This document shows, piece by piece, positions 25,291 to 32,000 of a stretch of 32,000 bases of DNA; the stretch's first letter is position 1, and each line of letters opens with the position of its first letter. The position numbers and the translations under genes are program-made. The notes beneath the pieces were generated by a model that saw only the letters and a program-made list of their open reading frames with translations, had not been told where the DNA came from and did not search any database. The stretch lies in assembly GCF_000017845.1 (NCBI RefSeq), contig NC_010546.1, positions 90,001 to 122,000 on the forward strand. Direction: 5' to 3'. Origin of the DNA: Crocosphaera subtropica ATCC 51142 (GTDB lineage: Bacteria > Cyanobacteriota > Cyanobacteriia > Cyanobacteriales > Microcystaceae).

Positions 25291-25331
25291 TTATTCACCT
25301 AATGATTAATTTTCCTAAAAGACTATAACTC

Positions 25332-26312
25332 TTAGGAAAAATGCTGAAAGCTTTTATCTAAACTTAATGCTTCCTCTTGGTTTCCATCTATTAATATCAC
25401 CGATTTTTTTTCAATAATTTTGCCAATGATTTTCCCTTCTTGTCCTATGGTTTTCACCAGTTTTTGTCCCATCTCTTCTGCTAAACATAATACTAATTCA
25501 AAATCTTCTCCTCCATATAACACCCAGTTCAAAGCTTGCGCTGAACTAAACCACTGTGATAACATAGATACACATGGTAGTTGGGATAACTGTATCTGTG
25601 CGCCGACTTCACTCATAGCACAAATCTGCATAATAGCATCCCCTAACCCATCACTACTATCCATCCCTGTAATCGTGTGAGTCTCCATAATCTCCCAAAG
25701 ATGGGGCAGCAAGTCTAAACGGGGTTTAGGGTATTGATGAGCCTTAATCAGCCTATCACGGATGTCTTGACCTAGATTGTTGGCTAAACTAGGATTAAGT
25801 AACAATTCTAATCCACCCCGTGACATTCCATGATACCCGGTGGTAACAATAACATCTCCCGGTTGAGCCGTAGAACGTTTAATAATGCGATTAGGATAAA
25901 CTTCACCTAAAGCTGTGATACTAACGCTTGTCACTTCAGAGCGACAAATATCCCCCCCCACAATCGGTGTGTTATATTCTGCTAAAAGATGACTCATTCC
26001 TTGGTATAAATGTTCTACCCAATCCACAGAGAGGTGTCCAGGTACAGCTAACCCAACGGTAACGCCCAAAGGACTAGCCCCCATTGCTGCGAGATCGGAT
26101 AAATTAGCAGCGATCGCACGCCAACCCACAGACTCAGGTGGGGTTGTGGTTTGGCTAAAGTGTATCCCATCCACCAACACATCAGTTGTTACTACTAGCT
26201 TTTGCTGAGGATTAATGGATAATACGGCAGCATCATCCCCAATTATATCATGGGGACAAAAAGACTTGAGTTTTTTTAGGAGTCCTTGTTCCCCAATATC
26301 CTTAACTTTCAT
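25332..26312 (-). CDS. thiL: Thiamine-monophosphate kinase
   Basis: IGDDAAVL, TTDVLVDGIHF and the AIR-synthase-like fold pattern are present. 326 aa. Confidence 0.88.
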   Translation of the reverse strand: MKVKDIGEQGLLKKLKSFCPHDIIGDDAAVLSINPQQKLVVTTDVLVDGIHFSQTTTPPESVGWRAIAANLSDLAAMGASPLGVTVGLAVPGHLSVDWVEHLYQGMSHLLAEYNTPIVGGDICRSEVTSVSITALGEVYPNRIIKRSTAQPGDVIVTTGYHGMSRGGLELLLNPSLANNLGQDIRDRLIKAHQYPKPRLDLLPHLWEIMETHTITGMDSSDGLGDAIMQICAMSEVGAQIQLSQLPCVSMLSQWFSSAQALNWVLYGGEDFELVLCLAEEMGQKLVKTIGQEGKIIGKIIEKKSVILIDGNQEEALSLDKSFQHFS

Positions 26313-27181
26313 CGTTTATTGCGTAAAGTTGGGTTAAACAGTTCACTAATGCCTTCTCCGATAAAAGATAATCCCACAACCATCGATGTCATGGCCATTC
26401 CAGGGAATAAAGTTGTCCACCAAATACCGGTTGATAAGTCAGGTAATGCTTCTTTGAGATCATGACCCCATTCTGGAACTTCTTCGGGTAATCCTAATCC
26501 CAAAAATCCTAAACCACCTAATACTAAAATAGCATCGGCTGCGTTCAAGGTAAAGACCACAGGAACACTTTGAATAACATTCAAAAATAAATAGCGAGAC
26601 AAAACACGGGTAGGGGTTGCTCCCATGGCTTTTGCTGCTTCGATAAATAACTCATTTTTCACACTGGTGGTATGGTTACGAACAATTCGATAATATTGAG
26701 GAATGTAGGCAATACTAACCGCAATGGCTACATTTAAAATTCCTCGCCCCAAAATAAACGCTAAAGTGACGGACAATAATAGACCTGGGATTGTATAAAT
26801 AGTATCCATAAAAAATAGAAGTATTTTATCAACTTTGCCGCCTAAATATCCACTCACTAAACCAAGGGGTACACCAATTGCCATAGATAAAAACGTTGCT
26901 AAAAAAACAACTTTTAAAGCAGCTTGTGACCCCAAAAGTGTACGAGAAAAGACATCGTATCCTCGAACATTTGTGCCGAACCAATGACGTAAACTAGGAG
27001 ACTCTCCAGGAATATTACTGAGTAAGTCTGTGGGATCTTGTAGAAAGCCAATTCCTTGTAAAATAGGCGCAAATAAAGCAATAAATAACCAAAATAATGT
27101 AATCAATATACCAAGATACATTAATTTTTGAGCAAGACTCAAATGAGAAAAACGCCCTAATGGAAATTTTGATGTTACCAT
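26309..27181 (-). CDS. ABC transporter permease, DppC/OppC type
   Basis: 290 aa with six TM helices and an EAA-like loop (EAAKAMGATPTRVLSRYLFLNV). Its stop overlaps the thiL start by 4 nt. Confidence 0.8.
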   Translation of the reverse strand: MVTSKFPLGRFSHLSLAQKLMYLGILITLFWLFIALFAPILQGIGFLQDPTDLLSNIPGESPSLRHWFGTNVRGYDVFSRTLLGSQAALKVVFLATFLSMAIGVPLGLVSGYLGGKVDKILLFFMDTIYTIPGLLLSVTLAFILGRGILNVAIAVSIAYIPQYYRIVRNHTTSVKNELFIEAAKAMGATPTRVLSRYLFLNVIQSVPVVFTLNAADAILVLGGLGFLGLGLPEEVPEWGHDLKEALPDLSTGIWWTTLFPGMAMTSMVVGLSFIGEGISELFNPTLRNKR

Positions 27182-27340
27182 AAGCTAATTATTTTCAAGC
27201 AATAGATACGAGGAAATTGTAACCCATTATGACAAAATGCAGAACCATTCTATCGTCACTTTATTTTATTCTGGTATAATCTAGATTGTTCGTTATTCAA
27301 TATTCAAAGTTAACTGTAATTAAGATAGAAACAATCATTT

Positions 27341-27661
27341 ATGTCTTCACCCTTTACTGTTGTAATTACAACAACATCAAAAAAAGAAGATGCCAATCAA
27401 ATTGCCAAAACTTTGTTAGAAAAAAAACTAGCAGGTTGTATTCAAATTCTTGGGCCTATAAGTAGTCATTATTATTGGAAAAATGAACTATGTATCGATG
27501 AAGAATGGATTTGTTTAATTAAAAGTAGCCAAAACAATTATCAAACTCTAGAAAAGGCGATTCAAGACATTCATCCTTATGATGTTCCTGAAATTATTAG
27601 TTTACCCATTGTAGAAGGAAGTCAAGGTTATCTGAGTTGGTTAAATCAGCAACTTAAATAA
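27341..27661 (+). CDS. cutA: Divalent-cation tolerance protein CutA
   Basis: 106 aa. LAGCIQILGPISSHYYWKNEL...HPYDVPEIISLPI is the CutA1 signature. Confidence 0.88.
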   Translation: MSSPFTVVITTTSKKEDANQIAKTLLEKKLAGCIQILGPISSHYYWKNELCIDEEWICLIKSSQNNYQTLEKAIQDIHPYDVPEIISLPIVEGSQGYLSWLNQQLK

Positions 27662-27672
27662 TAGTTATTTTT

Positions 27673-28893
27673 ATGGTCATTTCTAAACCAAATCAGCAAT
27701 TAAATATTTCTCTGATTGTTAGTGATTTATCCAGTAAAGGTGCAGGGCGTTGGGGTGGGGCAATTCGACCTTTTTTATTAGCACAAGCTTTACAAAAATT
27801 AGGTCATACTGTTAAAATTTTTGGCATTGCTTATGAAGAAAATGGATTATCAGAATTACCCCGAGAATTCCCCATTGTGTCTATTCCTTGTCCCTATTAT
27901 GCAGGGTTTGGAGGAACTTGGCGATCGCTGAAACAATTATTACCCAAAATTGACGGAGATATCCTCTACGCTGTCAAATTAAAACCCAGTAGCTATGGTA
28001 TTGCTTTACTTAAAAAATATATCAGTCATCGTCCTTTAATCGTGGATATTGATGATTGGGAAATGAGTTGGTTTGGAGGAGATGATTGGCGATACAATTT
28101 TACTGTCAAAGGGTTTATTGAGGATTTATTTAAAGGAAATGCACCCTTGCAACATCCTGATCATCCTTTCTATTTACAACGGATAGAAACATTAGTTTCT
28201 CTAGCGGATCAAATTACCCTACACACCCAATTTATTCAACAACGGTTTGGAGGAACTTATATCCCTAATGGCAAGGACACAGATTTATTTGATCCCCAAA
28301 AATATGATCCCCAAAAAAGCCGTAAAAAATACAATTTAGACAACTATAAAATTTTAATGTTTCCTGGCGCACCTCGGCCTTATAAGGGGGTAGAAGATAT
28401 TTTGATCGCCTTAGAAAAACTCAATAATCCTGAGTTAAAATTAGTGATTGTTGGCGGTAGTCCTTATGATAATTATGATAAAAAGCTACAAGAAACCTGG
28501 GGAAACTGGTTAATTCAACTACCAAAATCCCCTGTTGAGGCGATGCCAGAAATTGTTGCTGCTGCTCATTTAGTGGTGGTTCCCCAACAAGATACACCAG
28601 CAACCAAAGCCCAATTTCCCTTAAAATTAACCGATGGGATGGCTATGGCCAAGCCAATTTTAGCGACTAGCGTTGGGGATATTCCTGAGATTTTAGGGGA
28701 TACTGGTTACTTAGTTGATCCGAGTTCCCCTGAACAGTTAGCCAATCAAATTGACTGGATTTTTAGTCATTTAGAAGAAGCAGAAGCACAAGGACAAAAA
28801 GCGAGAGAAAGGTGTATTAAAGCATACAGTTTACAATCAATGGCCACAATTTTATCTCAAATTCTAGAACCGTTTTGTGGAAGTGGTGATTGA
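27673..28893 (+). CDS. Glycosyltransferase, GT4 (group 1) family
   Basis: 406 aa. The C-terminal half has the GT-B pattern (VVPQQ...FPLKLTDGMAMAKPILATSVGDIPEIL). Confidence 0.8.
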   Translation: MVISKPNQQLNISLIVSDLSSKGAGRWGGAIRPFLLAQALQKLGHTVKIFGIAYEENGLSELPREFPIVSIPCPYYAGFGGTWRSLKQLLPKIDGDILYAVKLKPSSYGIALLKKYISHRPLIVDIDDWEMSWFGGDDWRYNFTVKGFIEDLFKGNAPLQHPDHPFYLQRIETLVSLADQITLHTQFIQQRFGGTYIPNGKDTDLFDPQKYDPQKSRKKYNLDNYKILMFPGAPRPYKGVEDILIALEKLNNPELKLVIVGGSPYDNYDKKLQETWGNWLIQLPKSPVEAMPEIVAAAHLVVVPQQDTPATKAQFPLKLTDGMAMAKPILATSVGDIPEILGDTGYLVDPSSPEQLANQIDWIFSHLEEAEAQGQKARERCIKAYSLQSMATILSQILEPFCGSGD

Positions 28894-28938
28894 TGAAAAA
28901 TTGTGTGGTGTGAGGGTCATTCTTAAAAAGAGAGGAAA

Positions 28939-29622
28939 TTAGTAAGCACCTGTTTTGTTGAGAACAACAAGGACAGTTTTGACAATTAAATGGAGGTCAT
29001 ACCATAAAGACCATTTTTCTTGATAGTTAATGTCCATTTTGACAATATCTTCAAAGTTTTTCACACTTGAGCGGCCATTGACTTGCCATTCTCCTGTGAT
29101 TCCCGGTTTAACATTAAGACGTTGCCAATGATGGGGATCGTATTTTTGCACTTCATCCACAGTAGGAGGACGGGTTCCTACTAAACTCATATCTCCCATT
29201 AAAACATTCCAAAACTGAGGAAATTCATCGAGACTGGTTTTTCTCAAAAATACTCCTAAACAGGTAATACGGGGGTCGTTGGTATTCTTAAAAATATGTC
29301 CTTGGGCTTCATTTTTGACTAAATGTCTCATCTTGTCAGCCCCAACTACCATAGAACGGAATTTCCAAATGCGAAAGGGACGACCATGTAACCCACAACG
29401 AACTTGACTGTAAAGTAAGGGACCCGGATCGGAGATGGACATGATTACCATAATAGGAATAGCAATCATAACCGTTATTATTAACCCGACTAAGGCTCCA
29501 ATAATATCCATCCCTCGTTTCAGTTTACTATTGACCGAAGGATGAAAGGCGTTAAAAGGGTAAGTCGTTTGTGTCACAGCTAAAGAATAGGGGTTTTGAT
29601 TAAAAAAACTATATGCTGTCAT
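28939..29622 (-). CDS. Polyprenyl-phosphate sugar phosphotransferase (bacterial sugar transferase family, WbaP/EpsL-like)
   Basis: There is one N-terminal TM helix. Conserved motifs include RFRIWKFRSM, DEFPQFWNVLMGDMSLVGTRPP and PGITGEWQVNGRS. Confidence 0.88.
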   Translation of the reverse strand: MTAYSFFNQNPYSLAVTQTTYPFNAFHPSVNSKLKRGMDIIGALVGLIITVMIAIPIMVIMSISDPGPLLYSQVRCGLHGRPFRIWKFRSMVVGADKMRHLVKNEAQGHIFKNTNDPRITCLGVFLRKTSLDEFPQFWNVLMGDMSLVGTRPPTVDEVQKYDPHHWQRLNVKPGITGEWQVNGRSSVKNFEDIVKMDINYQEKWSLWYDLHLIVKTVLVVLNKTGAY

Positions 29623-29788
29623 TGCTTTACTAAAATCTGTCTTTGCTCTCTTGATTACCAGAATAAAGGAGGGATGTTATTTTTCATGTCAGCGTTCATG
29701 TTATTTTTTGTATAACTTCCTGTATAAATTCAGGTTAAGAAGACTGATACACTGATCATTATGTATAAGTTATTAGGTAAAACTAATT

Positions 29789-29965
29789 ATGACAACCCAT
29801 TTTATTGAAGCCGAAATCGATCTTCAACAAACTCCCTTGACGACGAAAGAAGCTGTAGAAGCAACGTTACAAGCAGAGGGGGAACCCCTCCGTTGGGCTA
29901 TTACCAAAGTAGACAACGAAAAACAAACCGCCCAAGTCGAAGCTATTGTCACCAAGGATAATTAA
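29789..29965 (+). CDS. Small conserved-looking ORF (58 aa) directly abutting the next gene
   Basis: The hand translation is MTTHFIEAEIDLQQTPLTTKEAVEATLQAEGEPLRWAITKVDNEKQTAQVEAIVTKDN*. It is below the ORF-track cutoff. Its stop at 29963..29965 is immediately followed by the TTG start at 29966. Confidence 0.5.
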   Translation: MTTHFIEAEIDLQQTPLTTKEAVEATLQAEGEPLRWAITKVDNEKQTAQVEAIVTKDN

Positions 29966-31018
29966 TTGAATCATCGTCCTTATACGGCTGTACTAATCGT
30001 TCCCACAGGGATCGGGGCGGCCATTGGCGGGTATGCCGGGGATGCTTTACCCGTCGCTAAAGCCATGGCCCAGGTCTGCGATCGCCTAATTACTCACCCT
30101 AATGTTCTCAATGGGGCGCAACTGTACTGGCCGTTAGACAACACCTTTTATGTCGAAGGGTACGGCTTAGATCGCTTTGCCCAAGGAGACTGGGGTTTAA
30201 ACCCTGTTCACCAGAACCGAGTGGGACTCATTTTGGATCGAGGCATCGAACCTGAGTTAAGAACCCGACACATTCAAGCAGCAGATGCCACGAGAGCTAC
30301 CCTAGGGCTGACGTTAACCGACTATGTCGTCACAGATACCCCTTTACAGGTGGAACTGCGTACGGCTGATTCTGGGGCGAGTTGGGGGACTATTGGCCAC
30401 CCCGATAGTTTACTGCGGGCTGCCCACAAGTTGATCACCCATAGTAAAGCAGAAGCGATCGCCGTTGTTGCCCGATTTCCCGATGATGTGGATAGTTTAG
30501 TCTTAGATAATTATCGTCATGGACAAGGGGTTGATCCCTTAGCCGGGGCAGAAGCAGTGATTTCGCACTTGATTGTCCGTGAATTTCGCATTCCTTGCGC
30601 CCATGCTCCGGCTTTAGAGCCTTTACCCGTAGATGATACCATTTCCCCTCGGGCCGCAGCAGAAGAGTTAGGTTATACGTTTTTACCCTGTGTGTTAGTG
30701 GGGTTAAGTCGTGCGCCTCAATTTGTTACTCAACCTCATCCCTATAGTATTTGGGCTGATCAAGTGGATGCCCTGGTCATTCCTGACACAGCTTGTGGCG
30801 GTAGTGCTATGCTCAGTTTGAGTGAATGTAACACCCGTATTATCACCGTTACCGACAATACCACTGCTCTTAATGTGACTCCCCAAGACTTGGGAATAGA
30901 GGCAATTGCGGTAAACTCGTATTTAGAGGCGTTGGGTGTTTTGTCCGCTCATAAAGCTGGCATAAGTATTGATGCCTTACGTCCTGTTGTTTGCTCTATT
31001 TCTCAAGCCTGTGACTAA
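29966..31018 (+). CDS. Conserved cyanobacterial/plant protein of unknown function (DUF3326-like)
   Basis: 350 aa with a TTG start. VPTGIGAAIGGYAGDALPVAKAMA is the N-terminal motif. The gene is visibly more GC-rich than all its neighbours. The family number is recalled from memory. Confidence 0.7.
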   Translation: MNHRPYTAVLIVPTGIGAAIGGYAGDALPVAKAMAQVCDRLITHPNVLNGAQLYWPLDNTFYVEGYGLDRFAQGDWGLNPVHQNRVGLILDRGIEPELRTRHIQAADATRATLGLTLTDYVVTDTPLQVELRTADSGASWGTIGHPDSLLRAAHKLITHSKAEAIAVVARFPDDVDSLVLDNYRHGQGVDPLAGAEAVISHLIVREFRIPCAHAPALEPLPVDDTISPRAAAEELGYTFLPCVLVGLSRAPQFVTQPHPYSIWADQVDALVIPDTACGGSAMLSLSECNTRIITVTDNTTALNVTPQDLGIEAIAVNSYLEALGVLSAHKAGISIDALRPVVCSISQACD

Positions 31019-31034
31019 TCCAAATTCGTCCGAT

Positions 31035-31604
31035 ATGGAACCGTTAACCCGTACCCAAATTTTAGTGGTTATGGGAGTAACGGCCATTATTTTGTTAATT
31101 ATTGCTAAAGTTTGGCAATATTTTGGCTCCGTTGCTTTAATCAAGATTCAATTGTCTCCTGATGGGCTATTGTATGGGGCTGCTTTAGCAGGAGTGATCA
31201 TTGTTGCAAGTAGTATCATTTATCGTGTCTGGCCAGCTTATCGTCAAAGTGCAGATGCTTATCTAGAATTGGTGTTAAAACCTTTAGTCTGGCCCGATTT
31301 AATTTGGTTAGGTTTATTACCTGGCCTTAGTGAAGAATTATTGTTTCGTGGGGTGATGTTACCGGCTCTAGGATACGATTTATTAGCTGTTATTTTATCT
31401 AGTGTCGTCTTTGGGATATTACACTTAAGTGGTTCCCAACAATGGCCTTATGTGGTTTGGGCAACGTTAGTGGGATTTGCCCTTGGTTATAGTGCGTTAA
31501 TGACGGATAATCTCTTGGTACCAATTACTGCTCATATTATTACTAATTGGATGTCAAGTACGCTCTGGAAGTTTAACCATAGAACCAGTGATGCTTCTTC
31601 TTAG
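31035..31604 (+). CDS. CPBP-family intramembrane glutamic endopeptidase (CAAX protease-like)
   Basis: SEELLFRG, FGILH and ITAHIITN motifs are present. The track start at 30969 overlaps the upstream gene, so the ATG at 31035 (MEPLTRTQ) is preferred. Confidence 0.8.
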   Translation: MEPLTRTQILVVMGVTAIILLIIAKVWQYFGSVALIKIQLSPDGLLYGAALAGVIIVASSIIYRVWPAYRQSADAYLELVLKPLVWPDLIWLGLLPGLSEELLFRGVMLPALGYDLLAVILSSVVFGILHLSGSQQWPYVVWATLVGFALGYSALMTDNLLVPITAHIITNWMSSTLWKFNHRTSDASS

Positions 31605-31635
31605 TTAATTGTTTCAATTTAATTTGTGCTGTGAT

Positions 31636-32000
31636 ATGGAAGTTCAATTTAGAGAGTTTAATCCGTTTGATTTGTGGATTTGGTTAGAGTTTGAAACTGT
31701 CCCTTCTCCTATGGAAAGACAATATGTAGAAGAGGTATTTAATTCCTGGTTTTATTTAGGGAAATTGGGAGGGTTTAATGCTGAAAATCTCCAAGTCCAA
31801 GACATGGGGGTTGAAATTAGTTACATGGATTACGATACCAAAGTATCCGATGACATGATGATGGCCCCAATGCACAATATGGCAGAGTTTGAATACGAAG
31901 GAGTGTGGGGTCGTTGTTGGTTTGATCTTGGCACCAGTGATTTAATTGCTCTCGATATTTTGATCAATGCGTTGACTCAATTAAGTCGAGAGTTAATTGT
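31636..32000 (+). CDS. Conserved cyanobacterial/plastid-lineage protein (DUF3531-like), 3' end cut by the window edge
   Basis: The ATG is at 31636 and the frame is open to the window end. The translation is MEVQFREFNPFDLWIWLEF...EYEGVWGRCWFDLGTSDLIALDILINALTQLS. It is absent from the ORF track because no stop falls in the window. Confidence 0.6.
   Translation, partial: MEVQFREFNPFDLWIWLEFETVPSPMERQYVEEVFNSWFYLGKLGGFNAENLQVQDMGVEISYMDYDTKVSDDMMMAPMHNMAEFEYEGVWGRCWFDLGTSDLIALDILINALTQLSRELI

Noticed and set aside
24575-25680. Plus-strand ORFs 24575..24973 and 25420..25680
   Set aside because: They are antisense shadows of the ABC permease/SBP gene and of thiL.
27271-27280. Extended -10-like TGGTATAAT upstream of cutA
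   Set aside because: There is no convincing -35 at proper spacing, and such hexamers are frequent in AT-rich intergenic DNA. It is too weak to report as a feature.
28421-30886. Minus-strand ORFs 28421..28603 and 30704..30886
   Set aside because: They are antisense shadows inside the glycosyltransferase and the DUF3326-like gene.
1-32000. Searches by eye for CRISPR arrays, tRNA/rRNA genes, a TPP riboswitch near thiL, and a complete defence operon
   Set aside because: I found no regularly spaced direct repeats, no T-loop or acceptor-like tRNA signatures, and no riboswitch core motifs. thiL is internal to an operon. The only defence-like material is the decayed MNT/HepT relic, the orphan HicB and the Uma2 gene. 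An Infernal or tRNAscan run would be needed to be definitive.

Overview
This is a cyanobacterial chromosomal segment. It is AT-rich, and the HIP1 octamer GCGATCGC occurs 11 times. It carries tandem nblA genes, an RRM-type Rbp gene, hypF, and several families shared by cyanobacteria and plants. Most of the window is ordinary housekeeping and envelope coding sequence: NUDIX, mobA, nblA x2, rbp, rpiA, a NodB deacetylase fusion, RNase II/R, hypF, an HD-GYP response regulator, thiL, two ABC transporter genes, cutA, a GT4 glycosyltransferase, a sugar-phosphate transferase, a DUF3326-like gene and a CPBP protease. Two regions are mobile-element graveyards. (1) 3.9-6.9 kb holds an IS200-like tnpA relic with a 16-bp end hairpin, two different group II intron 3' fragments (HNH remnant plus domain V/VI), and an IS1380-type IS between them whose transposase is frameshifted. 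(2) 9.5-11.6 kb holds a decayed MNT/HepT toxin-antitoxin relic next to an IS200/IS605 element. That element has a 5'-truncated tnpA and an intact-looking tnpB, and is bounded by two near-identical 30-nt hairpins. The most unusual observations are as follows. A 35-nt GC-rich hairpin module sits in both unrelated transposase genes and shows a compensatory stem change. The TnpB keeps the RuvC D-E-D residues but lacks the zinc-ribbon cysteines. An A13 homopolymer separates a META/DUF4377 gene from its own C-terminal motif and a downstream LppP/LprE-like domain. A GC-rich two-gene island lies at 29.8-31.0 kb. I saw no CRISPR array, tRNA or rRNA. All family names come from motif recognition by eye, not from searches.
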